A stretch of 64,000 nucleotides of DNA from Candidatus Bathyarchaeia archaeon. GTDB taxonomy: Archaea; Thermoproteota; Bathyarchaeia; Bathyarchaeales; Bathycorpusculaceae. The DNA lies in NCBI GenBank assembly GCA_038882955.1, contig JAVZNC010000003.1:96001-160000 (forward strand), in the 5' to 3' direction. The position numbers were made by a program, and so were the translations under genes. Of the stretch, positions 1-10,076 are shown one piece after another (position 1 is the first letter of the stretch; each line of letters starts with the position of its first letter). The notes beneath the pieces are model-generated. The model saw only the letters and a program-made list of their open reading frames with translations, did not search any database and was not told the DNA's origin.

Positions 1-664
1 TCATGGTTTCCTTCAGCCGCGACGTTCTCTCTTCTCTTTATCAATATTGTTCTCATTCCAACACTTTTAGGTCCAGCCACATCTAAATTGGGCATGTCGC
101 CAACAAAGACAGTTTTATTGGCTTCTACGCCTAATTCCTTTAGGGCTTTTTCAAAGATTTCGCGGCTTGGCTTGCGCTTGTTTATTTCTCCGCTTATTAA
201 AATGACGCTGAAGTACCTTCTTAAACTGAATTTTTCAAGGAGTTTCCAGCCGCATTCTGGTATGGCAAGATTCGAAATTAGTCAAGTTTGTATTTTCCAT
301 GAAGTTTTTGTAGGACGCTGATGGCTTCTTCATCTAAGCGTATATAATGCATAAACTCATCAGTGAAAGACTTTGTGGCTTCAACGATAATTGGATTTTC
401 TGTTTCGATGTTGTAGCCAAACTTCGCAAGCGTCTGCGAGATTCTCACGTTAAAGTGCGGCTCATCTAGAGACTCGCGTGATTCAGAGTAAAGCCTATCC
501 CTTACTTCAAAGTAGACTTTAACGAAGTCTTCAAAAAGAACTTTTACACCGTTTTTAAGCAAGGATTCGTGCAGCTTTTTTAAGGATGGAATGTAGAAGG
601 CTTCGCCTCCCTCTATTATCACCAGCGTGTCAAACAGATCAAAGAGTACAGCTTCAACTTGCAT
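1..664 (-). pseudogene. HAD-superfamily hydrolase, frameshifted near 283 (or sequencing error); runs off window edge
   Basis: Motif I FDLFDTL in ORF 278..664. Adding one G near 283 restores KYKLGLISNLAIPECG...KRKPSREIF...FVGDMPNLDVAG (HAD motifs II-IV) in the next frame. Confidence 0.8.
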
Positions 665-699
665 TTTGTTTCCTTATTTCAAGTGTTTGGATCGGGCCT

Positions 700-2097
700 T
701 TAAAATGGTTTTTGTTTTGTGTGCCAGTTTCCCTTGTCGCCTATTACATAGTATGCTATGCTTGTTAGACGGGCTGTTATGTTTATGAACCTTATTATTG
801 GGTAGAATGGCGTGTAGAAGAGCAACGCCCTATAATTGTGATTGTTGTAGGCGTATTTTAGGGCTATAGCTTGGTTTGCAACGCCTATGATTAAGCCGTA
901 TGGCGCAAAGATTAGAAGGTTCAGGATGAAGTGGATGCGGTCTGGGGCGAACCAGAAGATGAACGGAAACGCGGTTATTGCGGCTAGGTCTATGAGTGCG
1001 CCCCCATACTCGAATATGTAGCAGTACCATAACAGAAGCGTTAGCCAAGACTTTTTTAGGAGCAGGTCTCTATGGATTTCAAGTGTGTTGTGGAGCCATC
1101 CAGTGAACCATCTTAGTCTTTGGCTCCATAAAACGCTTAGTGTGGTTGGGGCGACTGTTATGCTTTTGGCTGTGCTTACGTAGCCAACATTCATGCCTCT
1201 CTTGTGCATTTCTAGGGTTATTTCTAAATCGTCTGTGACCGAGCGCAGGTTTTTTTCGGCGAAGATTTTGCGCAGTGTTTCCGCGTCGTATAAGCCTATT
1301 GCCCCAGAGACAACGAGAACTTTGTCGCCTAGGGACTGGGCGCAACGTGCTATTCCTAAGCCTTGGCTGTATTCGAGCTGTTGGAGAATAATGTATGGGC
1401 TTGTTTCTTCATCGCCATCCGTTGGGTGCACATAGCCTGTCACAGCCTTTTTTCCGTTTAGCAGCATGTAATCAACAAGCTTGACAAGTGTGCTCGGTGT
1501 CCAGCAAGAGTCAGCGTCAACTATGGCTATTAGGCTTCCAAGAGCCTTGCCAACTCCAGTTTTCACGGCTTCGATTTTGCCAATGTTGGATGTGTGTCTA
1601 ACAATTTTTGCGCGGGTTGCTGGATGCCTTTTGCGGTTAAGTTCTATTGTTGCCCAAGCAACCTCGTATGTGTAATCTGTGCTCCCGTCATCCACAACTA
1701 TAATTTCGCATAAGCCATCGTATTTTTCTGCACATTTGAATAGGCTGTTTATGCAACACGAAATCTTTTCTTCCTCGTTATATGCTGGGACAATAAAGGA
1801 AACCATTGGATAACTGGGCTTTTTAATTCTGCCTTGCTTAATTCGCGTGTACGTGGCGATTAAAGCCCAAACTCCAGCAACGCCAATAGCCAAGAACGTG
1901 TACCATGCATAAAAGAAGTTTGTAATGGCAAGCCACAATGGGCTTGGGGGCTGCTGCGGCGCTGAATAGTTGAAGATTTGTGTTGTAAGCCAGTTTGCGA
2001 GGATTGGGAAGAAGCGCCATGAGGCATAAGCCAGAACAAACGGTAGGCAAAGCGTCAAATAGAAAAGCACGCGGTTTTCTGGCAGCCTTAACTTCAT
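700..2097 (-). CDS. Membrane GT2 processive glycosyltransferase (cellulose/PNAG synthase-like)
   Basis: VPAYNEE, DDGSTD, DADS, TDD and QRLRW motifs, with flanking TM helices. Confidence 0.9.
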   Translation of the reverse strand: MKLRLPENRVLFYLTLCLPFVLAYASWRFFPILANWLTTQIFNYSAPQQPPSPLWLAITNFFYAWYTFLAIGVAGVWALIATYTRIKQGRIKKPSYPMVSFIVPAYNEEEKISCCINSLFKCAEKYDGLCEIIVVDDGSTDYTYEVAWATIELNRKRHPATRAKIVRHTSNIGKIEAVKTGVGKALGSLIAIVDADSCWTPSTLVKLVDYMLLNGKKAVTGYVHPTDGDEETSPYIILQQLEYSQGLGIARCAQSLGDKVLVVSGAIGLYDAETLRKIFAEKNLRSVTDDLEITLEMHKRGMNVGYVSTAKSITVAPTTLSVLWSQRLRWFTGWLHNTLEIHRDLLLKKSWLTLLLWYCYIFEYGGALIDLAAITAFPFIFWFAPDRIHFILNLLIFAPYGLIIGVANQAIALKYAYNNHNYRALLFYTPFYPIIRFINITARLTSIAYYVIGDKGNWHTKQKPF

Positions 2098-2300
2098 TTG
2101 GCTTGTCCTCTAAACGCAGTTTAAGGGTGAGGGTCTCCTCCTTCCTCAAAAAGGGAAGATAGTTTACATGGGATAAAGCGTGTATTCCCATCCTGACAAT
2201 ATTTCAAAACGAGAAGATTAATATCCAAATTTTATATGATAGTTTAAAAATGCACAAAATGCCCACAACAAATCATAAGCCAATTTAAGGTGAAAGACGC

Positions 2301-3128
2301 TTGACAGAAGACCTATCAAGGCACTACACGCTGTTACGAGACCCAGCGCGAAGAAAAATAATCGAAATACTTGGCACGCAAGAAAAAATTGGATTCAAAG
2401 AGCTCCGAGAAATGCTTGGACTCGGTGTAGGCACCGTGTACTATCACTTGGATATGCTGTCAGACTTTATAACGCAAGATAAACAACGCAAGTATAGGCT
2501 TAACGACCGCGGACAAGCCTTGTACAGAGTTCTAAAGGAAGGCAGCATTCCAACAACATTGGACATTAGCGTAACCTTTAGCAGTAAAATTGCGAGATGG
2601 TTGTTTTTGTCCCCTCTCTTTGCGAAAACCGCAAAACCCTTTGCACTCATACCATCAATAGCGATATTGTTACTGGGAGCTTTTGGTGCAGCTCAAGCCA
2701 AGCTTGAACCAGCTTTGTTCTTTTATACGTCCCCCTACTCCACCTACAGCCAATTTAGCATAATTTTCATGTACATCTTCGGCTGGGTTGGCTTGTTCTT
2801 GTTTGTGGAAATTCTAACATCTCTCATTTATAGGAGATTTGGAAATGAACTGCAACTTTTTGCTTGCATAAACTTGGCGGCTTTTCCACTCGCGGCATTT
2901 CCATACATTTACATCGCTGTCTCCACCATGCTACCAACACTAGGAAGCATAGAACTAAATGCAATTATGCAGTACGTGCAAATCGCTCTTCAAATTTGGA
3001 GCCTTCTTTTGGTGACAGCAGCCATATGTTTTGGGAAAGGAATAAGGTTAGATAAGGCTTTTATGACAAGCTTGTCCGCCATGTATTTGAACATGTTAAT
3101 TCTGTTCCTGCTTGGTGCTTTTAAGTAG
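2301..3128 (+). CDS. ArsR-like winged HTH fused to multi-pass membrane domain
   Basis: DPARRKIIEIL...GVGTVYYHLDML N-terminus, then about 5 hydrophobic helices. Confidence 0.8.
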   Translation: MTEDLSRHYTLLRDPARRKIIEILGTQEKIGFKELREMLGLGVGTVYYHLDMLSDFITQDKQRKYRLNDRGQALYRVLKEGSIPTTLDISVTFSSKIARWLFLSPLFAKTAKPFALIPSIAILLLGAFGAAQAKLEPALFFYTSPYSTYSQFSIIFMYIFGWVGLFLFVEILTSLIYRRFGNELQLFACINLAAFPLAAFPYIYIAVSTMLPTLGSIELNAIMQYVQIALQIWSLLLVTAAICFGKGIRLDKAFMTSLSAMYLNMLILFLLGAFK

Positions 3129-3139
3129 AGTCTACATGA

Positions 3140-3159
3140 AGTTCTAGAAAACTAGAACT
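3140..3159. promoter_or_regulatory. Perfect 8-bp inverted repeat (AGTTCTAG-aaaa-CTAGAACT); candidate operator or terminator
   Basis: Seen directly between the HTH gene and the downstream secreted-protein gene. Confidence 0.35.
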
Positions 3160-3238
3160 CTTATGAGGCTTGTTTCGGGTTTTTTAGAAGCGTTTTCCTT
3201 AATAAGCTGTTTAATGAAGTTATTTTCGGTGAAAAACC

Positions 3239-4621
3239 GTGAAAATCGGAAAAAACAAAATATTGGCTTCAACTCTTGCCTTGCTAATGGCACTACCAAT
3301 TGCCGCTATGGCGTTTCCAAAAGCCGACGCCGAAACCAGTTGGTCAAATGTTGAAGTTGGTCCAGTAGAGCCAGTAATGGAAGGAATATGGTGCAAGTTT
3401 GAGACTCCACTAATTACGTTGATCTTTCCTGCTAAAGGGACGAAGCCTATGTTCTTATGGTGGTACACAAACGACAACAGCACAATATACGTAGTGAAGT
3501 TCCAGGGAGTAATCGAATACCTAATAATGGATAAGCCATATTATCAAAAGCGTTTCCAAGCGGACAATACAACCATAAATTCATTGTTATGGGGCAATTA
3601 CATCGAACCAGCGCTTCGTTCAAGATATAAATACGGCTACCCACAATATAATCAAGCTGCTACCAGATTCTTAGGGATTTTGCTCGGGTTACATAACGCC
3701 TATTTGCCGTTCAGCGCTTGCAACTGGACCCTCACACCACCAGAACTCGTAGTAAACGGCAATTCTTCCTACTGGGCGTTCAGCTTTAAGCTTGCTGAAG
3801 TGTTTGGCCATCAGAGATTTACACTTGCAGAAAATAACATCGAGATAAGGTGCAGGTTCTATAACACAACAACCACTGAAATACCCGATGCAAACAATCC
3901 TGACTATAACTATACTGTTGCAGCCGGACAGTTGAAATTCGACTTTGTTGTGCACAAATGGAAATGGAACATAGACGCAATCAACGAGTTTCTCGATGAT
4001 TATGGGATAACAATACCAGTGAACAGAACAGGCTTGGCATTGTGGATTAACATGGCTTCGATAAAACTTGAAAACATGACAACTGCTCAAAATGAAGTTC
4101 AATATGAAGCAGAGCATCATGTAGAAGCACAGGTGCAAGTCGAAAATGGAGCAAGCATGCAAAATGCAATGATAGGCGGCGATTACTGTGTTGCAAGCCA
4201 AAACGAGACAAACCAGGATGAAAAACCAGTTCAAGCAACGTTACAGCTCAGAGAAAGATTCAGAGAACGCGTAAGAGCCTACTTTGCATGCGGAAAAACT
4301 GATGTCCCAGTTGGGTTCCTAGAGTTTGTTCCATGGGCAAGACTTCTCGACGAAAGTGGCAACACAGTAAACTTCACCGATGTCACAGCGTCCTATATTG
4401 CTGCTGGCGGTTACGTGAGATTATTCATTTGCTATCCATACTTTGGAAACTACACGCTTGAACATGATCCAACAATAGGACTTGAAATGGCTCCACCAAA
4501 TCCATCACTCATCGGACCTGGAGTAATAATCATTCTGCTAGGCGCCACTATAGCTATCGCTGTCGTCGTGGCTGCTGTCAAGTTGCATAAGAAGACCGTA
4601 AACATCGTTAACGTTCAATAA
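3239..4621 (+). CDS. Secreted, C-terminally membrane-anchored glycoprotein of unknown function
   Basis: Signal peptide, many N-x-S/T sequons, HDPTIG motif, C-terminal TM helix with basic tail. Confidence 0.8.
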   Translation: MKIGKNKILASTLALLMALPIAAMAFPKADAETSWSNVEVGPVEPVMEGIWCKFETPLITLIFPAKGTKPMFLWWYTNDNSTIYVVKFQGVIEYLIMDKPYYQKRFQADNTTINSLLWGNYIEPALRSRYKYGYPQYNQAATRFLGILLGLHNAYLPFSACNWTLTPPELVVNGNSSYWAFSFKLAEVFGHQRFTLAENNIEIRCRFYNTTTTEIPDANNPDYNYTVAAGQLKFDFVVHKWKWNIDAINEFLDDYGITIPVNRTGLALWINMASIKLENMTTAQNEVQYEAEHHVEAQVQVENGASMQNAMIGGDYCVASQNETNQDEKPVQATLQLRERFRERVRAYFACGKTDVPVGFLEFVPWARLLDESGNTVNFTDVTASYIAAGGYVRLFICYPYFGNYTLEHDPTIGLEMAPPNPSLIGPGVIIILLGATIAIAVVVAAVKLHKKTVNIVNVQ

Positions 4622-4723
4622 CACTCACCATCTTTTTCTTTTTGTTTGTTGCATTTTTTGGGAGTAAAAGTTTATATGGAGTATTGCTATACAATAAATC
4701 GCTGTAAGGAGACTTCCAAACAA

Positions 4724-4900
4724 ATGAAACAAAACAAAAACGTCGACGAAATTAGGTGGCGGGTAGTAAAAGCCATGCTTGAAGAATTCCCATCACTAAG
4801 AGTCAGAGTCCAGGAATATCTCAAAGAAAGGGAGAAAAAGGGAAAAGCGAACACAACCCAAATTTTGGCTTTAATCCCAAAAGACAAACGCGAAAAATAA
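4724..4900 (+). CDS. Small basic hypothetical protein
   Basis: ATG at 4724 after GGAG; amphipathic helical sequence. Confidence 0.45.
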   Translation: MKQNKNVDEIRWRVVKAMLEEFPSLRVRVQEYLKEREKKGKANTTQILALIPKDKREK

Positions 4901-5187
4901 CGTTTTTCATATGGTTCTTGCGCGGTAATCGCTGAAATAGGGGATTTCCTCTTCAACCTCAATTTTGAAGCCAGAACACGCCAAAAAATCTTTCACCCTA
5001 TCAAAATCGCAACGTCGCTGTTAACTCTGAAGAAGTATTCTTCACCCAAAATGACGCCTCTAGAAAATTCACGGCAACCATCGAATTTTTAGAATGTATA
5101 TTGCCAAAAGCCCTATTCAAAGTCTCTAATAAGTTTGATGAGGCGCTTTCATCGCTGTTCAAACGAAAGCCTTTAAAATAAGTTCAT

Positions 5188-5682
5188 GTGGATGCAGTTT
5201 TAGATGATTATATGAAAGAAAATTTGCATCCTTATGTAGTTTTTCTTCCATCAGAAGAAAAGGAGAAAATCCTACATGCAATATTCGGCTCAAAGGCAGC
5301 CTTCGAAATCCTAAAATTCTCACTGACACAGGGAATTTCAAAGGAAATTTACCAAAAAGACCTTGTGCAAAAACTGCCATACTCAAACAAGACAATAATT
5401 GAAAACCTTAAAACGCTAACAAACCTCGGAGTTGTCGAAGAAGGCATGAAGAAAACAGAGAAGGAAGGGCGGACAATTTGGGTTAAAGCCTATAGGCTTT
5501 CAGACGTTGGAAGGTGGTTTGCACTTTTAATCGCCGAAGAAAAAGATTTGTCTCAAAAGGAAAAGGCGGATATATTACAGACAATATTTAGAACGTACGT
5601 AAAATGGGTGAAAGATCTGTCTGAAAAACTGCATGTTGACAAAGGCACTTTAACAAAAATCTTTATGGAAGAAATACGATAA
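5188..5682 (+). CDS. Winged-HTH transcriptional regulator
   Basis: IYQKDLVQKLPYSNKTIIENLKTLTNLGVV helix-turn-helix followed by wing. Confidence 0.75.
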   Translation: MDAVLDDYMKENLHPYVVFLPSEEKEKILHAIFGSKAAFEILKFSLTQGISKEIYQKDLVQKLPYSNKTIIENLKTLTNLGVVEEGMKKTEKEGRTIWVKAYRLSDVGRWFALLIAEEKDLSQKEKADILQTIFRTYVKWVKDLSEKLHVDKGTLTKIFMEEIR

Positions 5683-5695
5683 GGGAGCAAACAAA

Positions 5696-6226
5696 ATGAA
5701 AAAGCCAGCTGTCATCGCGATCATCGGAAGCAAAAGTTCAGGAAAAACAACAACAATAGAAGCCCTAACAAGAGAACTCACAAAAAGAGGCTATAAGGTA
5801 GCTGCTGTAAAACACATTCCAGAACCAAACTTCACAATGGACACCGTTGGAAAGGACACTTGGCGGTTTGCAAAGGCAGGAGCAAAAACCATAATCAGCG
5901 TGACTTCAAACGAGATAGCAACAATAGAAAAGACTGAAGGAAATTTTACACTGGATGAAATTTTGCAGAAATGCAGAAAACATAATTTTGTTTTAATAGA
6001 AGGTTTCAGAAACCTTGTAAGCAAAAATAGTGCAGTACCCAAAATTGTGACAGTCAAATCCGCAGAAGAAGTTCTGGAGGCTCAAAGGATTTTCAACCCA
6101 ATCATCGCTTTCACCGGACCTTACTCACCCAAAAACCTAAAACTGGAAATCCCATACATTGACGTACTTAAAAATCCAGAAAAAATTGCGGATATAGCAG
6201 AGGCAGCGGCAAAAAAGTGTTTTTGA
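5696..6226 (+). CDS. mobB: Molybdopterin-guanine dinucleotide biosynthesis protein B
   Basis: GSKSSGKTT P-loop, VKH, GKDTWRF, LIEGFR. Confidence 0.9.
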   Translation: MKKPAVIAIIGSKSSGKTTTIEALTRELTKRGYKVAAVKHIPEPNFTMDTVGKDTWRFAKAGAKTIISVTSNEIATIEKTEGNFTLDEILQKCRKHNFVLIEGFRNLVSKNSAVPKIVTVKSAEEVLEAQRIFNPIIAFTGPYSPKNLKLEIPYIDVLKNPEKIADIAEAAAKKCF

Positions 6227-6357
6227 GAGCTTTGCGAAACTGTGTTGGGTTTGTGGGGTTTAGAGATTTTGTTGGAGGGGAGAAAGGAGAGTTGCAATAA
6301 AAATAAGAACAAAACGCTCTAAACCTTTCCACCCAACATCCAATTCACAAAGCCCTC
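6225..6357 (-). repeat. Long imperfect inverted repeat / RNA hairpin filling the mobB-cdvC convergent gap
   Basis: Four stacked helices (14, 8, 9 and 7 bp). Outer-helix mismatches become G-U pairs only on the minus strand. Confidence 0.7.
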
Positions 6358-6360
6358 CCA

Positions 6361-7530
6361 TTAAAGTGCTTTGAAAGCCTCAAACCACCTATTATATAAG
6401 CCCAGCATTTCGAGGGATACGCTTGGCTTTCTATCCTCTAATATTTGCCTAAAATCATCCATCGTTAAAAGTCTAGGCTTCGCCTGTTTGTTAATCGCTT
6501 GACCAGACTCAAAGAATTCCCCTATAACCTTCAACTGGGCTGCTTGGCAGACGTCCCTTATGTCGCTTCCAGAAAAACCTTCTGAAAGCCTAGCCAACTC
6601 ATGCAAGTCAACATCTTCCGCCAGCCTCAAATTATTTGTGTAAAGCTTAAACATCATCAAACGTGTGTGATGGTCTGGGAGTGGCACAAGAATTCTTTTC
6701 TGGAAGCGCCTTATGAAAGCCCAGTCCAAGTCCCAAGGCTTGTTTGTGGCGCCGATAACATAAACATGCAGCTTCTTGCCCTTGTCAACAACGCCATCCA
6801 TCTCCTTCAGGAACTGGTTTCTAACGCGAACTTCTCCCCCAACCTCGTTAGAGTGCTTACCCATCAAAGAATCCAGCTCATCAATAAAGACTATTGCCGG
6901 TTTTCCGTTGTTAGCTGACTTTCTGGCAGAATTGAAAAGCTTGGCAACGTTCTGTTCAGCCTCGCCAAGCCACTTCGACATTATCGAAGCCGCATCAATG
7001 GAGATGAAAGTTGCATCTATCTCCGTGGCGACAGCCGCAGCCAGCAAGGTCTTCCCACAACCAGGAGGACCAAATAGGAGGATTCCCCTAGGCCATCCAA
7101 GTGGGAATAGGTCTGGTCTCTGAACTGGATAGACTATTGCTTCTTTTACGGCTTTCTTTGCACTTTCGAGTCCGACAACTTCATCCCACTTCACGTTAGG
7201 CTTTTCCGTCACAACGAGCTCTTCGTAGCTTGACTTCCCCTCTTCTGTTGTTTTTGCGCCTTCAGCGCCTTTCTCCTCTTGCGGTTGAAATGGCACAACT
7301 GCACCCTGCAGCGCCTTTATTCTCTCTTGGTAGGCTATTGCCCTTTGTATGTAAATCTTGTTCAGACTGTATTCGGGGTAAAGCTGAACAAGTTTTAGGA
7401 GACTTTCAATTGCCTTCTGGTACATTGTTATTGCCATACCCTTTGAGCCTTGCTTGTCAAGTCTAACAGCCTCCAACGCATACGCGGTTGCGTTTTTCTC
7501 CAACTCTTGGGAAGCGCTCATAATTTTCAC
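6361..7530 (-). CDS. cdvC: Vps4-like AAA+ ATPase with N-terminal MIT domain
   Basis: MIT helices, GPPGCGKT Walker A, IVFIDELD Walker B, SKWLGE pore loop, RRFQKRI. Confidence 0.95.
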   Translation of the reverse strand: MKIMSASQELEKNATAYALEAVRLDKQGSKGMAITMYQKAIESLLKLVQLYPEYSLNKIYIQRAIAYQERIKALQGAVVPFQPQEEKGAEGAKTTEEGKSSYEELVVTEKPNVKWDEVVGLESAKKAVKEAIVYPVQRPDLFPLGWPRGILLFGPPGCGKTLLAAAVATEIDATFISIDAASIMSKWLGEAEQNVAKLFNSARKSANNGKPAIVFIDELDSLMGKHSNEVGGEVRVRNQFLKEMDGVVDKGKKLHVYVIGATNKPWDLDWAFIRRFQKRILVPLPDHHTRLMMFKLYTNNLRLAEDVDLHELARLSEGFSGSDIRDVCQAAQLKVIGEFFESGQAINKQAKPRLLTMDDFRQILEDRKPSVSLEMLGLYNRWFEAFKAL

Positions 7531-8408
7531 CCCTCAGCCTTTAACTCAATCTTAATCTTACCTTTAGAACCCAAACTTTCAAGAGCCTTCTCAATTTCTT
7601 CACGTGAGGCTTTCAAATCAACAGAGCATCTTTTCATGTCAATTTCACCATTACACTTCTTAATATATTCAAGAAGTAAATCTTCCAAGGATGAATTTTC
7701 CACTTTAAGGGAAATTTCCTGAATTTCAGCTTTCCTAAAAGAAAGGAGGGTGGAAGAGTTCTTATCCGATTCTTCGATGTTTTCTTGGCTTAGCGCTTGC
7801 GAGCAATTGGCTGTCAAGGCGACGAGTTGCCTTAACGCAGCTTTTTCCTCTTGTGGGATTTCAAGGGTTGCGGGCGGTTCAGGGAGCTTTTCCGCGATTT
7901 TCCTTTCAAGGAAACCAGAAACCTCGTTTAGCACTTCTTCGCCTTCTGGTGTCTTTATGTTTACGGGTATTATAGACTCGTCTGCACTTATGCGCGTTGA
8001 ATGAAGCGTTTCGCTTATTTCTTCGCTGACCTTATTCAATTCAGCGCCAACATCAGGTAACAACTCAAAAAGTTGCTGCGAGACTCCTTGAAGAATTTTT
8101 AAAGCTGGCTTTAGATCGATAACTATGTCGCTTAATTCCCTTATAGTTTCAAGTCTGAGGATGACACGTTCAATAGCCAATTCCACGTTATAAAGGAACT
8201 TCAGAAGCTTTCGAACTTCAGCAATCTCATTAGCGCAGATTGCCGCTCTTTCTCTATTATTATTGTTTAAGGCATTAACGCATGTCTGGAAAAGTATTCT
8301 GTCTCGTTCTTTAAGTCTAAAACTTGCCTGTTCAAGCTTTCCATGCTGAACTTTAAGCGTTTGTATTGACTTAACAATTACTTCGCGGAGTGGAGGGCTG
8401 GAACGCAT
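7527..8408 (-). CDS. cdvB: ESCRT-III protein CdvB with C-terminal winged helix
   Basis: Snf7 core (ANEIAEVRK...LRLETI), MIM2-like KLPEPP, wH tail EEIEKALESLGSKGKIKI. Confidence 0.9.
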   Translation of the reverse strand: MRSSPPLREVIVKSIQTLKVQHGKLEQASFRLKERDRILFQTCVNALNNNNRERAAICANEIAEVRKLLKFLYNVELAIERVILRLETIRELSDIVIDLKPALKILQGVSQQLFELLPDVGAELNKVSEEISETLHSTRISADESIIPVNIKTPEGEEVLNEVSGFLERKIAEKLPEPPATLEIPQEEKAALRQLVALTANCSQALSQENIEESDKNSSTLLSFRKAEIQEISLKVENSSLEDLLLEYIKKCNGEIDMKRCSVDLKASREEIEKALESLGSKGKIKIELKAEG

Positions 8409-8451
8409 AAATCCCTTAATAGCTTTTCCCTCCGCCCGCCTGTCCTCTACC

Positions 8452-9168
8452 TTACATTCCCACTTTTCCGATTTCCTTCACGTAAACAACAACTGGCGGT
8501 TCCGGAAGTTCAGGCGATGCTTCTGTTATGCTGGGTTTTGCGGTTTCCTCCACTTTTGGATTTGGAGTTTCTCCCAGCACAATGTTTGAGAGTTTGCTTT
8601 TCATCTGCTCCAAATCACTTTTCTCAGCGTTAACTCTCTTCAAGTTTTCCTGTATCAGCGAGAATGCTGTGCTATAGGATTGATCGTTGATTTGCCCTAT
8701 CTCATGTTCAATTTCAAGGTTTACGAGTGCATAATTAAGCTCTCTTGTTGCGTTTATGCACTTGGCAATTTCTTTGTCAATTTCATTTATCAACGCCTGT
8801 GCTTCGCCCTTAAGTTGGTTTAGTGCACCTTCAAAATTACTGTGGAGCTCTTGGTAGAGGTCCTCTGAAATCTTCTTCTTTTCAGCTAGGTCCTTAAGCG
8901 CTTGGTCCTTGCGCCACAAAAGCGGAATTTGATCGCAGAGAACATTCGTTCTCAACTTAATTTTAGATGTCAGTGTAACGTTGTCGCCGTCAAACTTCAA
9001 ATATTCAACAGAGTTTTTTAGGAATTTGCCGTCGCCAAGTTCAATATAAACCGCGTCAAATTTTCCACTTGGGGTTAAGGCGAAAGAAGCCACTTTTCCA
9101 ACTACACGCCCATATTCATCCTTGATGGGCTTCCCAATTGAGAGAAAGAAATTGGGGTTTTGCGACAT
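8452..9168 (-). CDS. cdvA: Cell division protein CdvA (PRC barrel + coiled coil)
   Basis: IGKPIKDEYGRVVGKV PRC barrel, coiled coil, C-terminal PPVVVYV tail, position in cdv operon. Confidence 0.9.
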   Translation of the reverse strand: MSQNPNFFLSIGKPIKDEYGRVVGKVASFALTPSGKFDAVYIELGDGKFLKNSVEYLKFDGDNVTLTSKIKLRTNVLCDQIPLLWRKDQALKDLAEKKKISEDLYQELHSNFEGALNQLKGEAQALINEIDKEIAKCINATRELNYALVNLEIEHEIGQINDQSYSTAFSLIQENLKRVNAEKSDLEQMKSKLSNIVLGETPNPKVEETAKPSITEASPELPEPPVVVYVKEIGKVGM

Positions 9169-9188
9169 GCCATCAATCCCTCCAGTTT

Positions 9189-9851
9189 TTAAGAGGTCTC
9201 CGTTGATTGCTTTTCTCCTATTGGGACTGTTGGTATTCCAGGCGGTAGCTCTGGGAACTTCTCCTTAATTCTCTGTTCTGCGACTGTCGCTGCTTCTGTG
9301 AGAATTTTCTGTGCATCCTCGTTCACGGCGTCAAAGTTAAGCGTCATTCCTGAACTTTGCCCAGCCTCGATCATTATGCCGCTTAGCAGATTTCCTATTT
9401 CGCCAAGCTCATTTTCTGCCTCTGGGAAAACGCTTGCAAGCCCAGCTCGCACGGATCTTAAAACGCCTACTGCTGGTCCGAGTGTTGATACGACATCTCC
9501 AAGTTCTGATACTGTTCGTAATCTTAATACTATTTGTTCAAGTGCGAGCCTAGCATTCATAATAAGCCTTTCCATTTTGCGTATTTCCGCTAACTCGTTT
9601 GCGAACACGTTTGCGCGTGCCGTGTCATGCTTAGTGTAAGCGTCAACTATCCTTGCGAATATCGCTTTGTCTCTTTGGCTAAACCTCTCTGTCGCTTGGT
9701 CCAGCTTCTGAATTTGAAGTTCAATGCGCCTAACAGCAAAGTCTAAGCGTGGCTTTAATGGACCTGGTGGTCTCACAGCGTCTTTGATGCGGTTTGTGAG
9801 TGGTTGCTCGTCTTTCTTGCTTTCCCATTTTCTACTAAATCGTTCAGACAA
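9189..9851 (-). CDS. ESCRT-III paralog (CdvB1/B2-like, no winged helix)
   Basis: Snf7 core ANELAEIRKM...LRLRTV; KFPELP MIM2-like tail; TTG start at 9851 after GGAGG. Confidence 0.9.
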   Translation of the reverse strand: MSERFSRKWESKKDEQPLTNRIKDAVRPPGPLKPRLDFAVRRIELQIQKLDQATERFSQRDKAIFARIVDAYTKHDTARANVFANELAEIRKMERLIMNARLALEQIVLRLRTVSELGDVVSTLGPAVGVLRSVRAGLASVFPEAENELGEIGNLLSGIMIEAGQSSGMTLNFDAVNEDAQKILTEAATVAEQRIKEKFPELPPGIPTVPIGEKQSTETS

Positions 9852-10076
9852 GTTTGTTCCTCCGAAAAAAGAGAGGGTGCGTGAAACTGTCTTATACATT
9901 TTTAATATGGTGGAAATATGCACGTATATACGTAGAGCTATATGTCAAAGCAAAATTGTTTTAGGCTTTAATTTTATAAAGTAAAGGTTATGCTGACCTT
10001 TTTCTGATAATAAACAAAAATATGTAAGTTAAGCTAAAAAGAGGCTTAAATTGAATTTAAACAAAGGTGAAAACAG

